A stretch of 56,737 nucleotides of DNA, the filler included, from Dugesia japonica (lineage: Eukaryota), in NCBI GenBank assembly GCA_001938525.1. It is 5 parts of 5 records of this genome, joined end to end, with 100 filler letters (N's around TTAATTAATTAA, not from the genome) between each part and the next. Parts side by side here need not be neighbours in the genome. Positions count along the whole stretch, not along the records: positions 10,784 to 19,529 come from MQRL01615378.1; positions 19,630 to 27,990 come from MQRL01624476.1; 3 more parts are not named here. One strand, 5' to 3'. Of the stretch, positions 11,635 to 27,025 are shown piece by piece. The notes beneath the pieces are model-generated. The model did no database searches. It was not told where the DNA came from and saw only the letters and a list, made by a program, of their open reading frames with translations. The translations under genes were made by a program, and so were the position numbers. Positions within the stretch are counted from its first letter, which is position 1. Each line of letters starts with the position of its first letter.

Positions 11635-13596
11635 GTTACATTTATATTTATTTAATTATAATTTTTTTTATCAATTAGAACAAGCATGTTCAACTTTTTG
11701 GTTATTGACGGTCGCACAACATAATTTTTTCTTTTATAACGGCAAACGACACAAATAATGTTTTTCAAATATAAACACCAAACGTCTCAATATCTTAAAA
11801 AAATTATTTATAATACTATATAATANATATTTAAATATAAATAGTCAAATTTTATTATCAATAATTTTTTTATTTAATCTAAGCACGAAAATCAATGCTT
11901 GCCTTGGTTTTGAGAATTAGCTAAATTAAAAACTTTGTATAGCTTGTTTATTATATTTTATTATTATAAATTTAAGCACAACATAGAAATTTTCCACGGC
12001 TGCAAGTGGCGCACCCCTGATTTATAATATATGGCAGATTACTTTAGTTTATATTTATTATATCATTGAATAATTTTATAGAAATAATTTTCTTTTGATT
12101 TTTTAGGAATCAGAAATTATTTGTAGTTTTAAATAGATTTAAATAACAATTTATTTGATTTTTCACAATTTGTTTACACTTCCTTTCGATTGTTACTTTC
12201 TTTCAGATTTGTCAAAAATAAAAATAATTTTAGTAAAAATCTAGTAACAGAATTTTTCTGTTTTATTTTCATAGAATTACCAATTTCAATTCCAGAAATA
12301 ATGAGGAACATTTTATGATATTAAAATCGATAAAAAAATGTTTTATTAAATAATTTATAATTTACAGTGTTATTTATTTNNNNNNNNNNNNNATAGCCTT
12401 TTAATAATTAACTAGTTTATTCTAGGTGCCCGCAGTGCCTGTAAATTTTGAATTTTTTAAATGAGAATAATTATTGTTAATCTAAATTTCTTTATCTAAA
12501 GTTTGTAGCTAGTAACATAGTAGACCACTACAAAAAATCATCTTTTTGTTAAGTTCATAAATAATTATGACTAATTCAAACGAATATCGGGTAATTCACA
12601 CAAAATCGCACGGTTAATCGCATTTAAATCTTCATTCCAAACTAACTCAAATATATGTTAACTGTAATGGTATATTAATTTGTTAATTTCTACACACTTA
12701 TAAAATTACTTTTGACTTTTTACCTGTTTGCGAGCGTTATAGTGTGAGTTAGTTAGTGAATTGAATAAATATATTATAGATTTAAAGTTTCTATCAGTTT
12801 TTTTGGTTTCACCAACTGCATAATACAACTAAAACTGAGACGTTTATTTTGTAATTTATAAAGATTAATATATGAATTTAATATAAAATCTAAAAATAAT
12901 TTAAAATTTATTTTAAAATAAAATAATATACTTTTCATACCCATAAAATATAAAATCTGTTTACTGTGAGACTACTGTTGGTGATCCTACGTGTTATAAG
13001 TAGGATTTTAGCCAGAATAACTTGTATTTTTCCGATGCACTATGTTCTTCACGACCGATCGACACTAATAACAATGAAATATTGGTGCTTATTGAAAGTA
13101 ATCATAATAGAACGACTGAAAATATTAATGAATTACTTGATATTAACCATTCTGAAATGTACAGACGCTCAAATAAACTTGTAATGATTACTGTGAGTAG
13201 TTTAGAAGCGAGTTAAAATTTTTTGTGCTCTTTTTTGAAAAAAATCAAAATCACAAATTAATTAAGAAATTAAAAAAAATTAAAATTTTTGGAAATGACA
13301 ATTTTGTTTTGAAAGTTCAGAAGATTTTAAAATGATAATTTAATAGCAAGNGATTTTGTTTTGAAAATTTTATGAAAGTTTTTGTGAAAATTTTAAACGA
13401 TATATTATTAACAAATGATAATTTTTTGGTTTGAAATTTTATGAAAATTTTAAAAGGATGTGTTATTAAAAAATAATTATTTTCTGTAAATTATCAAATT
13501 AATTTAANNNNNNNNNNNNNNNNNNNNNNNNNNNNNNNNNNNNNNNNNNNNNNNNNNGTGAAAAATAATTTCCGATTAGAGCATGCGGTTTTAATT

Positions 13597-13871
13597 TGTT
13601 TGATTAAACAAATAATGATGGTTATAGTTTTTTTTGAAATAAATTTTACGGAGTTGAATTTTAATGTTGATAATCCGAGTTCTCAAAACTCATCTAACAA
13701 TTAACAAAGTCGATATATGGATGCTGCATCGATTGTTTGATTAAACAAATAATGATGCTTATAGTTTTCTTTTGAAATAAATTTTATGGAGTTGAATTTT
13801 AATGTTGATAATCCAAGTTCTCAAAACTCATCTAACAATTACCAAAGTCAATATATGGATGCTGCATCGAT
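13597..13871 (+). repeat. Tandem duplication of a ~136-bp unit; also dispersed (7752-7865)
   Basis: Two near-identical units ttgtttgattaaacaaat...gctgcatcgat. A related copy lies on another scaffold at ~7752-7865. Confidence 0.85.
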
Positions 13872-14007
13872 AATTTCTGCTTGCCATTCTCCATTAAAGG
13901 GTAACAAAATCCATTTCAAAGCCAATGGTANCATGAGGTGAAAAATGAATAGAACATTATAATGTTAAGCGTAAGAAATCGTGTCTTCCCCATGAATATT
14001 CCTCAGT

Positions 14008-14666
14008 ACAATAAATAAATAATAACAAATAATAATAAATTTTAGTATTTAAAAATATTATTTAATAGTTTAATAAGTCATTTTGTTAACAATTAATTAA
14101 TTTGTTTATTGTTTTATTGACAGTTTATTGTTCTAGATTGTGTGCAATACCACACAGTTGATTTTGGTCGATTCTGATCGGTTTTGGTTGCTAAATATTT
14201 CTCGGTGAGATCATGTTTGGTCTGTTTTTCTAAGAAACCTATTCGGTATGGTGGAATTTGTTAAATTTTGATAAAGAATTTCCTCACGATAGTTGTTTTT
14301 GTTGAATTTTACCATCCTCCTAGAAGGTTTGGCGATTTTAAATGATGTTATTCGGAATCAACAAAAACTAATCTATGTAATAGAGGGTTAATAATCAAAA
14401 AAAATTTTAATTAATTTTAAGAAACTGATAAAAAAATAAAATTGACCTAATTCGATAAGAGTGAAGAATTATTGACCAAAAACAACCATGATTGACCATC
14501 CCGAGGAAATTTCTTATCAAATTCAACCAAAATCAATCTATAATCAATCTAAAACTGTAAAGCATCAATAAATAAATATATTATTAATAAATTGACTTAT
14601 TAAACTATTAAATATTATTTCGTAAATATTAAAATTTATCATTATTTGTTACTATTTATTTATTGT
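14008..14666. mobile_element. Foldback/MITE-like element with long imperfect inverted repeats
   Basis: 14008-14180 is the reverse complement of ~14510-14666, with additional internal inverted segments. Confidence 0.75.
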
Positions 14667-14699
14667 CAGGGGAAAATGTCCTCTTCCCAAGAAATCATG

Positions 14700-15210
14700 A
14701 TATAAGCTAGGAGATGTTCCATTAACGGGATTCAAAGTAGTCTAAATCCAAGAAAAACAATGCTGTATATTTGATAGGCTTTCAAACTATTAATTCAGAG
14801 AAATTCTGTTCACAACTAAGTCATTTAAATGTAACAATCAACCAAAGCGGTTTGAACGAGCAAACAGAAAGGGTATTGTGTCAAATCACGACAATTCTTG
14901 ATCAAACGTGTCATTGGCCACCCAACAGAAACCTCAACAACTTGACTGGGATGTTTTAGTCCATCCACCATTACTCACAAAATCTTTCACACTCCGATTA
15001 TCATTTATATTGATCTCGCCAACATATTTTACGTGATAAGAACTTTTCATGTAAGTTTTGGGGTCAATTAAATCAGTTCCTCAGCCAGAAAATTTGGAGT
15101 TTCTATGAGTGTGACATTAAATAGCTGAACAAAGGTCATCCAACAGAACGATCAATATTATATTGACGAAATGAAATAAAAAAGGGACGAACTTAAGCAC
15201 ATTTCTAATA
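14700..15210 (+). mobile_element. Mariner transposase 3' remnant
   Basis: 'QTINSEKFCSQL' and frameshifted 'HPP.YSQNLSHSDYHLY', matching the mariner HPPYSPDLAPSDYHLF motif. Confidence 0.75.
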
Positions 15211-15319
15211 GAATTTCGAAAAGTTATAATTTGTTTGATAAATATTTTAAAAACTTTTAATTTTATTTATGTTTGCAACTACTTTCAACTGTTAGTAAAT
15301 AATGTAATATATTTTATAG

Positions 15320-16150
15320 ATAATATTAATGTCGAAAGTTCTAGTTCAAATATCAATGATGAAGTAAGTTATATATTAATTTTAAATTAATTAACACATT
15401 TTATTAAGAATGATGTTGAATTAAAAAATGTATATGAAATTTTTGAAAACAATTATGAAACTGAACAAATTAATATTTTATCAAAACATTCCCAAGATAT
15501 TGAACATTATCAAAATGAAATCAATTCAAATTGCGAATTTATGAAAATAGAAAATGAAAACAATTTACATGATGAAGAAAATGATGGCATTAATTTAATG
15601 GAAAAGTTGAAACAGAATGAAAATGATAAAGGAAATTATGTAGTCCAGGAAACCGATGATAAAATATTTAAACAATATCCGGAGAGTTATTGTGATAATC
15701 CAATTGTAAAAAAGAATGTGAGTTTGTTAAGTAAACGAAATGAAAAAAATCCTGATGAAAATAATTCAAATATTTATTCATTAATAACGAATGATTCTGA
15801 ATTAGAAATTAAAGAAAATATGTCAAAAGAAAATGTAAATAATATATTACAAAACATAAATAAAGAGCAAAACAATGAAAACAATCTCAATTTCAATAAC
15901 TGTTCAATAAATGGTCTACAAAATTTAATAATAGATAATATATTCCAATGTGATAATGAGAATATTAATATCTCGGATATTACAAAGAAAAACGATGTAA
16001 CTTCAATTTTTAATGAATCTAGTGGTAACAAATTATTATTGATGAAAAAATATACTAATCAATATTTTAATTATGATGATGAAGATGATAATCAATCGAA
16101 CTTTATTATTCTAAATTATCTAATTCCATCTAGACCAATTTCAATACAAG
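15320..16150 (+). CDS. Filamin-like gene, N/E-rich two-exon cassette copy 2 (exons 15320-15363 and 15409-16150)
   Basis: Paralog of 10870-11634 with the same splice sites and a near-identical 45-nt intron. Ends 'PISIQ G|gtaat'. Confidence 0.7.
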
Positions 16151-17075
16151 GTAATTTATAAAATTTTGTTCTTGAATTTATTATAATTATGTTTATTTCA
16201 AGATTTAATTTTTAATTTAATATTTTTTATTATTACTAATTTTCTTTATAAATTTTTGTATTTTAATATTTTTATATATCAAATTTTTATCATTTTATCC
16301 TCACTCAATTTTAGTTTAGTCAAAGCTTTATCACTCCCTCCTCCAGCAAAGTGATATAGAATTTCACTGGTACAGTATACTGCACTCTGATTGGTTGAAA
16401 GCGTGTTACTAAAAATAAGTGATAAAGTATCACCAAATATATAGGAAAAATTATATTAACATAACAGTTTTTAAATAAATAGATGCGGTTTACCTTTAAA
16501 ATGTATTAATTTATTAAATACGATACAGATTCTGTCAAAGTTTACTGCGTACAAGATATATAATAAATGAAATTGTTGAGTTGAAAAATATTATCCATAA
16601 ATTGTAGTAAATTTATTAATTGTTGAATAGATTTTAAATTTCCATAATTTTATGAATTCATGAATAAATGGAAATTTTATTATTTAGCCTAAATTATTTT
16701 TTCATGTGAAATCCGAATGTTCTTCAATTATTATAATCGCTGGTTCAAAATATTTTATGAACCAATACACCCGACAGGTCAATATCATATTTACAGAACC
16801 ATTTTGCAGTTAAAATCTTTCTATGAGCAACAATTGCCATCAGGTCTATCTGCCTTTTGGGAGCAGCTCTTCGTGGTTGAGGAGCATCTGGTAATTGCTT
16901 AGACCCAATATCGTTTTGATTGTGCTGTTGAATATGCTGCTTCAACATGACTTGTAAAGCAGCATAGATATGATAGATTTTACAATTAAGACCAAGCAAT
17001 AACAACTGTATAGAAGACTAATAAGGATCATTTGAATGTATTTTGAATGACTTTGTCGATCGTGATAAAATGTTA

Positions 17076-17236
17076 CAGGGTTTCTAACTTAACTTAATCC
17101 TTTAAAAAACAATTCAATTCTTTTAAAAAATAATTTAATCTTTTTAAAGTAGAATTTAATACATTCAATGGATTAAATTATATTTTAATACAATTAAATT
17201 ATTTTTTAAAAGGATTAAATTTAGTTAGAAACCCTT
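17076..17236. mobile_element. Palindromic MITE
   Basis: TIRs AGGGTTTCTAACT / AGTTAGAAACCCT with further internal inverted symmetry. Confidence 0.75.
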
Positions 17237-18639
17237 TATCAATTTTCAAAGACCAATTAAGGAAAATGAATGCAAATTTGTGTAAGTTGATCTCGATGAA
17301 TCTGTTACTTAAAATCCGTTAATCTTCAATTGTTCTGTTAATTTATCAAGATTTTTAACACTACAATAAACACCAATCTGCCTTTTTTCATGAGCAGTAA
17401 ATAAATAATACAATATATACAATTCTCTTTCAAGCAGTTGCTGCTTTCTTCGATTTTGGTCACCCAGCTTTCTGACCAATTTTTATTTTATTATTTTTAT
17501 ATTCGAAATTAGTTCAAGATCGTGGTGATAATTTAATGACATGTGGAAATTTTAATGATATTAATAATNNNNNNNNNNNNNNNNNNNNNNNNNNNNNNNN
17601 NNNNNNNNNNNNNNNNNNNNNNNNNNNNNNNNNNNNNNNNNNNNNNNNNNNNNNNNNNNNNNNNNNNNNNNNNNNNNNNNNNNNNNNNNNNNNNNNNNNN
17701 NNNNNNNNNNNNNNNNNNNNNNNNNNNNNNNNNNAAAAATAAATGCATTTGAAATTTGAAAAATCAAATAAAAAAGAAAAAATTTGATTAGATGTTTTAA
17801 TGAAAAAAGACACATGACGAAATCTGTCAATTAAAAGATTAAATCAGAAAGATAATGATCAAAATTATAGGAAAAAATTATGAAATTTTACAAAATTAAT
17901 ATATTTTTTAAGAAAATTGTTATTTTTAAATTTTATTTTAAATTATATTTAAAATATTTGATAATTAAAAAAAATTAGAAAAATTTCATCTAATTTCTTT
18001 TGAAATATTCTATACTTTAAATATTGTTTAAATATTACTGATTTTAAAAATTGATACTGTGTTTCTCCAAATACAATCTCAGGCTTGTATTATTTTCATG
18101 AAATATTTTACTTATTGGCCATATGAAAATAATTTTTTTAGTAATGTTATTAATCAACAAGATAACAATAGTCAGATTCATTAAATGAAACTCATGGCTT
18201 ATAATTGATATCGTCCTTTTTTCGAGAAACACTTTGTATATTATTTACCATTTTATGTTATTATCAAAATCAGTTACTAATCACATGTCGGATAAAAATA
18301 ATAAAAAAATAATCTGAATAATCAATATAGGATACATTTTTATTAATTTGTAAACATAGAAATCCAATGTGTTTAAGAATAACATTAAATAAATTTCGTT
18401 AATCAATTTATGAACTTATAAAACAACAAATTATTAAAGAAAATATTATTGAACAAAATAATCTATGACGAATTCAAATCCAAACATAAAGCAATTAATG
18501 ATTTCACTTGTTAGCAATTGATCTGTATTTATCAAATAGAATTTTTCAAAATAAAAAGATAAAAATTGTGTTTGTTTTTCTATTTTCATGGATTTTTTAA
18601 TATTTTTATTTAGTTTTCTGAAGGAGAAATAGTTATTAT

Positions 18640-18749
18640 AATAATAATAATGATAATAATANNNNNNNNNNNNNNNNNNNNNNNNNNNNNNNNNNNNNNN
18701 NNNNNNNNNNNNNNNNNNNNNNNNNNNNNNNNNNNNNNNNNNNNNNNNN

Positions 18750-18810
<61 letters not shown>

Positions 18811-18820
18811 CATTATTATT
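18640..18820. repeat. (TAA)n/(TTA)n microsatellite around a gap
   Basis: Directly visible. Confidence 0.9.
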
Positions 18821-19248
18821 AGGCATCATTAAAATACTTTTTATGAATTAGCGTAATCACAACCATAAGGTCGAATAATTCGCAATAATAATTAATTTTG
18901 AGAAGGTAAAATCGGGAAATAATCAAATTTAAACATTTTTATAATAAAAATGATATACTGCTATTGTTGCTATTATTAAATTATTCAATTAATCTCAAAA
19001 TTCTAAAAGAAAATTGATTTATCTTCCAAAATAAAATTTCTGAATTATTTAAACTTCTATATTTTTCAAACAAAAACAGAAAAATTTAATTAATACATGC
19101 AAAATCAGTAATTTATTTAATGATGAACTAGTTCTAAGCTTAGAAAAATTCATTTTAGGACAATTTATTTCAACACAAATAAAAAAATTTAGTTTTCGCT
19201 TTTCTTTGTATACTAAATTATTGTTGTAATTTTTCTGTTAAATTTTAG

Positions 19249-19524
19249 GAATAATAGAAACTCCAGAAAAATTAAAAATTGAACCGAAATTTAATTTCGT
19301 TGAAAATGATTCAGTGTTAAATGTCTATTTTCAACCGCAATCAATCGGTGAATATAGATTAGTGATAACTTGTAATGAGAGCCCGATTCCGAATTCCCCA
19401 TTTAAATTTACTTTAACTGATATTGGAACATTTAATCAGGTTACCGCATCTGGTCCGGGATTATTGTCAGCAACTGTAAACCATTGGTCATATTTTTATA
19501 TAGACAAGTCTAATGTTTGCCTGG
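19249..19524 (+). CDS. Filamin (Ig-like/ABP280) repeat exon
   Basis: 'VYFQPQSIGEYRLVITCNESPIPNSPF' followed by 'VTASGPGL' is the filamin repeat signature. Flanked by ttttag and a G|gttag donor. Confidence 0.85.
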
Positions 19525-20106
19525 GTTAGNNNNNNNNNNNNNNNNNNNNNNNNNNNNNNNNNNNNNNNNNNNNTTAATTAATTAANNNNNNNNNNNNNNN
19601 NNNNNNNNNNNNNNNNNNNNNNNNNNNNNGAAGTGTGTATAAAAAAATGTTACCCGCTTATTTTAGATATTAATTATAATTAATAATAATAAAAATAAAA
19701 AAACAAATAATAAATAAAAAGTACTTTATTAAAAGATCCAAAAACTCCAATAAATCAGGATTGCCTAATTAATTGATAATAATAAAAATGAAAATCATAT
19801 TTTGTGTTTTTTGATCTTAATAAATATATATATATATATATATATACACTAATTTTTTCAAAAACATTACAAATAAAAAAAATAATAATAACAATGAAAC
19901 TTACTGATCAAACCCTACAACTCAATGATAAAGTATAATTCTATTAACAAATAAATTCCAAATTGCAATGGTGTACAATGATATTTGCTAATGAGGAAAA
20001 GGTTTTCCAAAATAAAATTTATTACAATTTATAACTTTAAATATTTATTTGATTTAATTATAAAGTCATTTTTTAAAACCGGAAATGAATTTTCGAATTA
20101 AAATGT

Positions 20107-20189
20107 ACCTCTCTATAACGTCAAACCCCCTATAATGCCACTCAGTTCCGGTCCCGATGGGTGACGTTATAGGGAGGTTCGACTTTATA
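20107..20189. mobile_element. Small Tc1/pogo-type MITE
   Basis: Inverted repeats ACCTCTCTATAACGTCA / TGACGTTATAGGGAGGT. The right end GGTTCGACTTTA resembles ...CGACTGTA termini. Confidence 0.65.
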
Positions 20190-21989
20190 AAGCTAATATG
20201 GGCCAAATACAATTTATCTTAGTAAAATATAAGGTAATTGTCGCAACCAATGAATGGACACCATCGACAGATTTGTAATGATTGAAAATCAAACGACTTA
20301 TAATGCAAAAACTTGTATTGATATTTATTTTGTAAAACTCTTCCCATTAACAAATGTCACCCCTAACTGAATTTTTGTGACAGAACTTAAATTTCAATAA
20401 TTTATTTAATACATGTTTTGTTATTGATACTTTCATTTGTGTACAAATTTAACGAGATATTTTAATACAAAATCATTAAAATATAATAATATTTCATCTA
20501 AACAAATAATTTTCATGATGTTTTGAAGCTTATTGATTTCTGATATTAATCAAAAAAGTCAAAAATTCGAAATATCAAAAACAAAAAAAAATTGACCGAA
20601 GCTTTTATTTTAATGAATTCTGAAAAACGATCAATAGTTACGTCCAACATTTATTCTCTCAATAATTATAATTGTAAAATTATTGATTTCTGTTTAATAC
20701 AGTTTACTCTCTATTTTTTTCCATAGAGGTTTTGAATTTCTTTTATATTTTATTTTTATTTAAAAATCTACTTTTATGTTCTTCGAAGGCTCGAAATTTA
20801 GATTTAAACATTCTAGAGTACATTAATTAAATTATTTTCGATTTGCACACACGAGCACAGGGTTGTGAACCATTTTCTTACAGGGTAAACTGTATAATTA
20901 TAAATAATTCATCTTCGAACCGTATTTTGTTTTGCAATACTTGTTTAATATTTTTTGATATTAATCATGAAGTCAATTTTATTAGAACTTTTTATAGATC
21001 AATTATAATTATTTAATAAAAAACAATATTTAAAAAAATATCTACATTGTTACAAATAATTATGAGTTATCTATGGATATTGATTATCTTTCGAAAAACA
21101 TAAAATTTGATTAAAAAATAATAAATCTAGTACAATAAAGGTCAAAATATTCGATTAACATTCTCATTGAATTGTAATTTGATAGTTTTCAAGGTACCAG
21201 TGAGTCATTAATATAGGTAATGATAATTAAACGAGATAATTTTATATTGTTTAGATTGTAACAATCATTGACAAAATAATTTGAAACATGAATAATAATT
21301 AATAAAATACTTGTTAAAAATTAACCAGTTAAATATTAATCTAAAATTACTATTCACCAACATTTTAAGATTAAAATATTAGATANNNNNNNNNNNNNNN
21401 NNNNNNNNNNNNNNNNNNNNNNNNNNNNNNNNNNNNNNNNNNNNNNNNNNNNNNNNNNNNNNNNNNNNNNNNNNNNNNNNNNNNNNNNNNNNNNNNNNNN
21501 NNNNNNNNNNNNNNNNNNNNNNNNNNNNNNNNNNNNNNNNNNNNNNNNNNNNNNNNNNGTATTAAACAAGTTTTCATTATTAAAAAAAATATGATTTTTA
21601 ATTCAATATTTCTTTTTCGATAAAAATTAGTAATTGAGCTATAATTAGTGGTGAGCTATAGGGGGCTCGCGCGAGGCCTTTATTAAACTTATTTGATAAT
21701 TTGGGAGCCTCTTGTTACTTCAAGATTTTTTTTAAAAATTTATTATAAAAATTAATTTTTTTATGATGCAACGTCTTTTCATTTTTCAGTTCATTGTTTA
21801 TGTTGATTATTTATGAACTGATTACATTTACAATTGGCATTTCATAATTGTTTAAAGATAATTGTGAAATTAAAAGTGTATATATGTATTAGTATACTGT
21901 TTAAATGCATTCTTTATATTTCCATCATTTGCGCATAATAAGAAAATAAATATAAATAAAGAATGCCGCAAATCAATATTACCAAATTT

Positions 21990-22900
21990 AATTGAAATAG
22001 TAAATCAGAATGAAATGTTAACATTTTGGTGAAAAATAATTGACCAATGTCTGATTTACCGAATTTAATAAAACTTTAAATTAAAGATCGTGTCACTCTA
22101 GGATTATCAATGCATTCTAAATTTACAGAAATTCGAATAGTAGAACATATTGCACAGCAAATTAGATTAGAAATGTTCTCCAAAGTAATAGATAAAATCT
22201 GCAAAATTTCTGCAATAATAGATGAATTGACAACATTATNNNNNNNNNNNNNNNNNNNNNNNNNNNNNNNNNNNNNNNNNNNNNNNNNNGAAAATCAGTA
22301 TTTTAGTTATTTATCACCAAATGAGCTTAGTGAACCATGTATGATATTTGTAGATCTTGTAGAATTATAAAATACTACTTCTATAGTTACTACATTAAAT
22401 ACATATGAAAGATAGATTAATGCAACAAAGTAATTTCAAACTTAAAAATGCAATTAATGATGATGAATTTTTAATGTTTGCGATCTTGAAAATAGAAAAT
22501 GGAAGAAGTCACGTGTCCATGACCAGAAGGGGTAAATAGAATAATATCCTTGAATTACATTTTGAAATATGAAATTAATTTCAACGATTTTCGAGATTTT
22601 GTAGAAATGGCTTTAACTTGAAAATTAAAAAATGAAATTGCCAGCACCATTAAAAAAGTCAAAGTAATAATGGGCATTATCGCAGTTAGTAGCGTTGAGT
22701 ATGAACGAGCCATCAGCGCAATGAATAATATAGTAACAATAAAAAGACCGTCATTGATTATAAAACATGTATCTGACTTAATGGCCATTTGTTTAAATGG
22801 GATATCCTTTAATGATTTTGGCCAAGTTCCATGTTTCAAATCTTATTAAGAAAAATCATCGCTCGGTTATTCAACCTCCTAGAAAATCATAACATAAGAA
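21990..22900 (+). mobile_element. hAT transposase remnant (KIAA1586/ZNF862-like)
   Basis: 'ISAIIDELTT' (first catalytic D) and the C-terminal dimerisation-like 'AVSSVEYERAISAMN..KRPSL..HVSDLM'. Many stops. Confidence 0.75.
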
Positions 22901-23824
22901 TGGGAAAAAATGTTTGGCAACATTTAGAATAAGTCTTTTTTATTTGAATTTATAATTGTTTTGTTCAAAAATTTTATTGTTTTTATTTATTATTGTTAAA
23001 TTTTTCTTTATTTTTATATTATTTATTTATATTTATGAATTAAATCATTCAAATTATAATAATTTATCAATATACAATGTTGTTTACTCTTCCAAACTAG
23101 AAGCGAGTCCTTTGTTAAAATTTTTATAGTTCACAACTGGTTACATGTCTGAGATTTTCATGTTGATCTTTTGAATCAGAGTTGATTCGAGTAGGGTAAA
23201 ATTAAAATTTTAAAGTTAACTATATCAAATTAATATGAAAATTACTTAAGTAAAGTATTTATAACATTAACGGGTTGTATTTCAGTGTTATCAGAACACA
23301 GTGCTCCACACTAATCTTAGATTAAATATTCTTTATAGTATTGATTATTAATCAATTATTAATTTAAATTTCGTAATTTTTGAAATTATTTTCAAAGATT
23401 TTATTTTATTGATCGAAAAGTAAAAATGCGAGGATAATTTTTTAATTAAAAATTTAATTCACTGAAACACAAATCTAGAGTTCATATTATATTAATAATA
23501 TTTCTTTAAAAGAGACACCAAATTCCATTTAATTGGCTACCGAAATCGTGTTAAATAAATGCATTTAGAATTGGAAAATAATATTTAATATCAAAATGAA
23601 ATATTTTAAAACTTTTTAAAAAATTAATCAAAATTGCAATTTGATTTGCAGTAAACTCCGTATAAAAGCAACACAATTAAGAAGAAAAACATGCTTAAAG
23701 AGAATTGTTTTCGGTCCAGTTTTATGTAATTGGAAAAGTTTACATACAAAATACTCAGTGTAAAGAGCAACTCCGCTTATATAGAACAAAAATCGCCGAT
23801 CCTACTGATTTTTCTCGTAATTAG

Positions 23825-24548
<724 letters not shown>

Positions 24549-26113
24549 TAATTCCTAGGCAAAAAAGTCTTATCCGAGTGCTTTATTATATTTCTGTGTA
24601 ATAAAAATAATAAAATTAATAATAATTAGTTCAATTTTCAATTCGATTGTCGCAAAGTTTGGAATGTTGATGTGCAATATTTGAATGATGTGAGAGATTA
24701 ACAATTTGATTTTCAACATGATTAAATAAACAGTTATTGACTTGTCTTGTCGTCTATATTAATGGTAATGACTAAGAAATACCGCGTAATAAAATTAATA
24801 CCGTATCTTAATTACATTGTTATTTTGTCGACAATCAATATGCTGTAAAATGGGTGTAAAGTAGTAGTGTCTGTCATACAGAGATAATGGTGACTAATGA
24901 AATGCACAAAATATTCTTTCTTGTATCTGGTTTTTACACGCTACTGTAAATAACTATTCTAATTTCAAATGTAAAATTATGTAATTATTTTTTGAATAAA
25001 TGATTTTTTTTCTTTTTTTTGGTGAAATATTTTATTGTATGTCTAAATTTTCCATATTTTTTGTAATAAATTAATTTTACTTCAAAGAGAACAGTCAAAG
25101 TAATATAATTTTTTTTAGAAATTATTAGATAATTGTAGAACATTATTTCTATTTTCTGAGTAGATAGGTAGTAGCACTCCAACTCACCCCCCAGGAGATA
25201 ATTTTTTCAGGCCGACTTTTCATGAAAATTTATTTGAAAATTTTTAAAAACTTAGATTTCGAGAATTTTGTCCAATACACAAGCACTCTCAAAAGAACTT
25301 CTTTCTTTCCTCCTAGCTTTAATCATCATTCAAAGCAAAATGTTTACTATGATTAAGAATATAATATTTAAAAGTCAATATTACTTATTCACAACAAATA
25401 AAATGAAACTAATACTAGAATTCTCACCGAGTAGACTTGATATTATAATAATATTAGACACAAATTAAATAACAAAAGATTTTCAAACAACAATTTATTT
25501 AAATTAAATCTTGTTTCTATCCATCTGATTGAGCTGTTTTGAACTTGTGAGTTGAAAGTAATAAAAATTCATTAATTTCAATGAATAAATAACAAATCAT
25601 AACCTTTACATTATCTGGATAAACTTATTCGCTACGGTTTGAACTACTATAATGTTTGAACTACTATATAAAATTGAAGGTGGCATCGTCGTCGTCATTG
25701 TTCCATTGCTCCCAAGTTGGTGGTTGAGTCGGCGAGAGAGATCCGATATATATTGCTTGAGGAAGTCAATTTTCCTCTGCAGCAACAATTTGTTTTCGTC
25801 TTCTAACGCTTTGATCTGCCTTGCCAGGTCATTTTGTTTTTTCACAATCTGATCAAGTTTCTTGATCCGACAATCTCGTTGGTTCAAATGTTTGATCAGT
25901 GCTTAATCGGTTTTCCGCTTTAGATGACGTTCTAATAGTAGGCAGCGCAATATGCGATGGCATCTGCGGATACTATTGGGAAAGGTGATGCGGGGCACTA
26001 AAAGAAATTAAATTAGCATATAGGCAACTTAGCAAAAATTATCAAACGCTACAACAATAACTGATTTCACAAGAACGCTTAAATGAAACATTTATTTATG
26101 AAAACGAGTAGGG

Positions 26114-26400
26114 TCATGTCCGAGGGGTTTCAGTGCTTTTCTCAATCATCAAAGGCTCGAGAGGGATCCTTTCCCTGAGATGTAAAACATCATCAACCAG
26201 TTTATTCTCTCGGTCATGGCTGGACTGGATTATTTCCGCAAAGGACTCGACCTGTTTTTTCCATACCCGCTCCTGCAAGTGGGAGGCCTCGGCTTCCTTT
26301 TTAAAGGCGATACACTTTTTCTTGTACCTAGATACATTACTATTTGCGGCGGCTATTTCTGCCTCCCATCGTCGCTTTGCAAGACGGTAGAGGTCCCAAC
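26114..26400 (-). CDS. Family 1 ORF C, coiled-coil protein
   Basis: WDLYRLAKRRWEAE...QERVWK.QVE.F...PL.PLMI shared with 10078-10421. The start is uncertain. Confidence 0.65.
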
Positions 26401-26522
26401 TAATAAAATAATACTTAGTATAACTCCGATTACTAATACTAAGTTCTAGATCACCCAAATCGTCTTGATATTTTAGAACAGGACAACTAGATAATTTTAT
26501 TATACGTCACACATATAAATCA

Positions 26523-26876
26523 CTAAAAAGGAGTGGATAAATCCGGCGCGGGTGCAGTATTTTCCGAGTCTTCGCTACCTGAGGGTTCCCTTATTCCCCA
26601 GAGTAGGTTAGAGGGAAAGGCCTGTACCGCGGGCACTGGAGTTGGAGTGGGAGGCCGATACTGAAAGGATGTTGCAATGGTGCGATTAGGGACTGCCCAG
26701 GCTTGGTATCGCTGACGCTCGCCAAAGTCTCTTATGCGCTCGACGATGGACTCTACAGGAGGCAAACTAGATCTGTCGGCCAAAATGCACGCGTCCCGAT
26801 TGTGGGGTTTGTGGTGTCGTCGGAAGATTATTCGACGAGTTCTTCTATCCACTATCCTTTCCAATATTGATTCCAT
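26523..26876 (-). CDS. Family 1 ORF B, 117-aa Arg/Pro-rich protein
   Basis: ATG 1 nt after the tttatag acceptor. Conserved with 4180-4468 (LAD..LP.VE..VERI..FGER..Y..W.VP; NLLW). Confidence 0.7.
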   Translation of the reverse strand: MESILERIVDRRTRRIIFRRHHKPHNRDACILADRSSLPPVESIVERIRDFGERQRYQAWAVPNRTIATSFQYRPPTPTPVPAVQAFPSNLLWGIREPSGSEDSENTAPAPDLSTPF

Positions 26877-27025
26877 TCTATAAATAACCGAAATTTTGTT
26901 TAAATTATAATATATAATTTCCTTTTAAATTAATTAATGGTAACAGAAATAAACAACAAATAGATTTAATCAAATCATCAGTTTATTTTAGACAATTAAC
27001 AGTAATTGGCAGATTACACTCCTGC

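Noticed and set aside
16717-17005. Overlapping short ORFs
   Set aside because: No motif recognised. Left unassigned.
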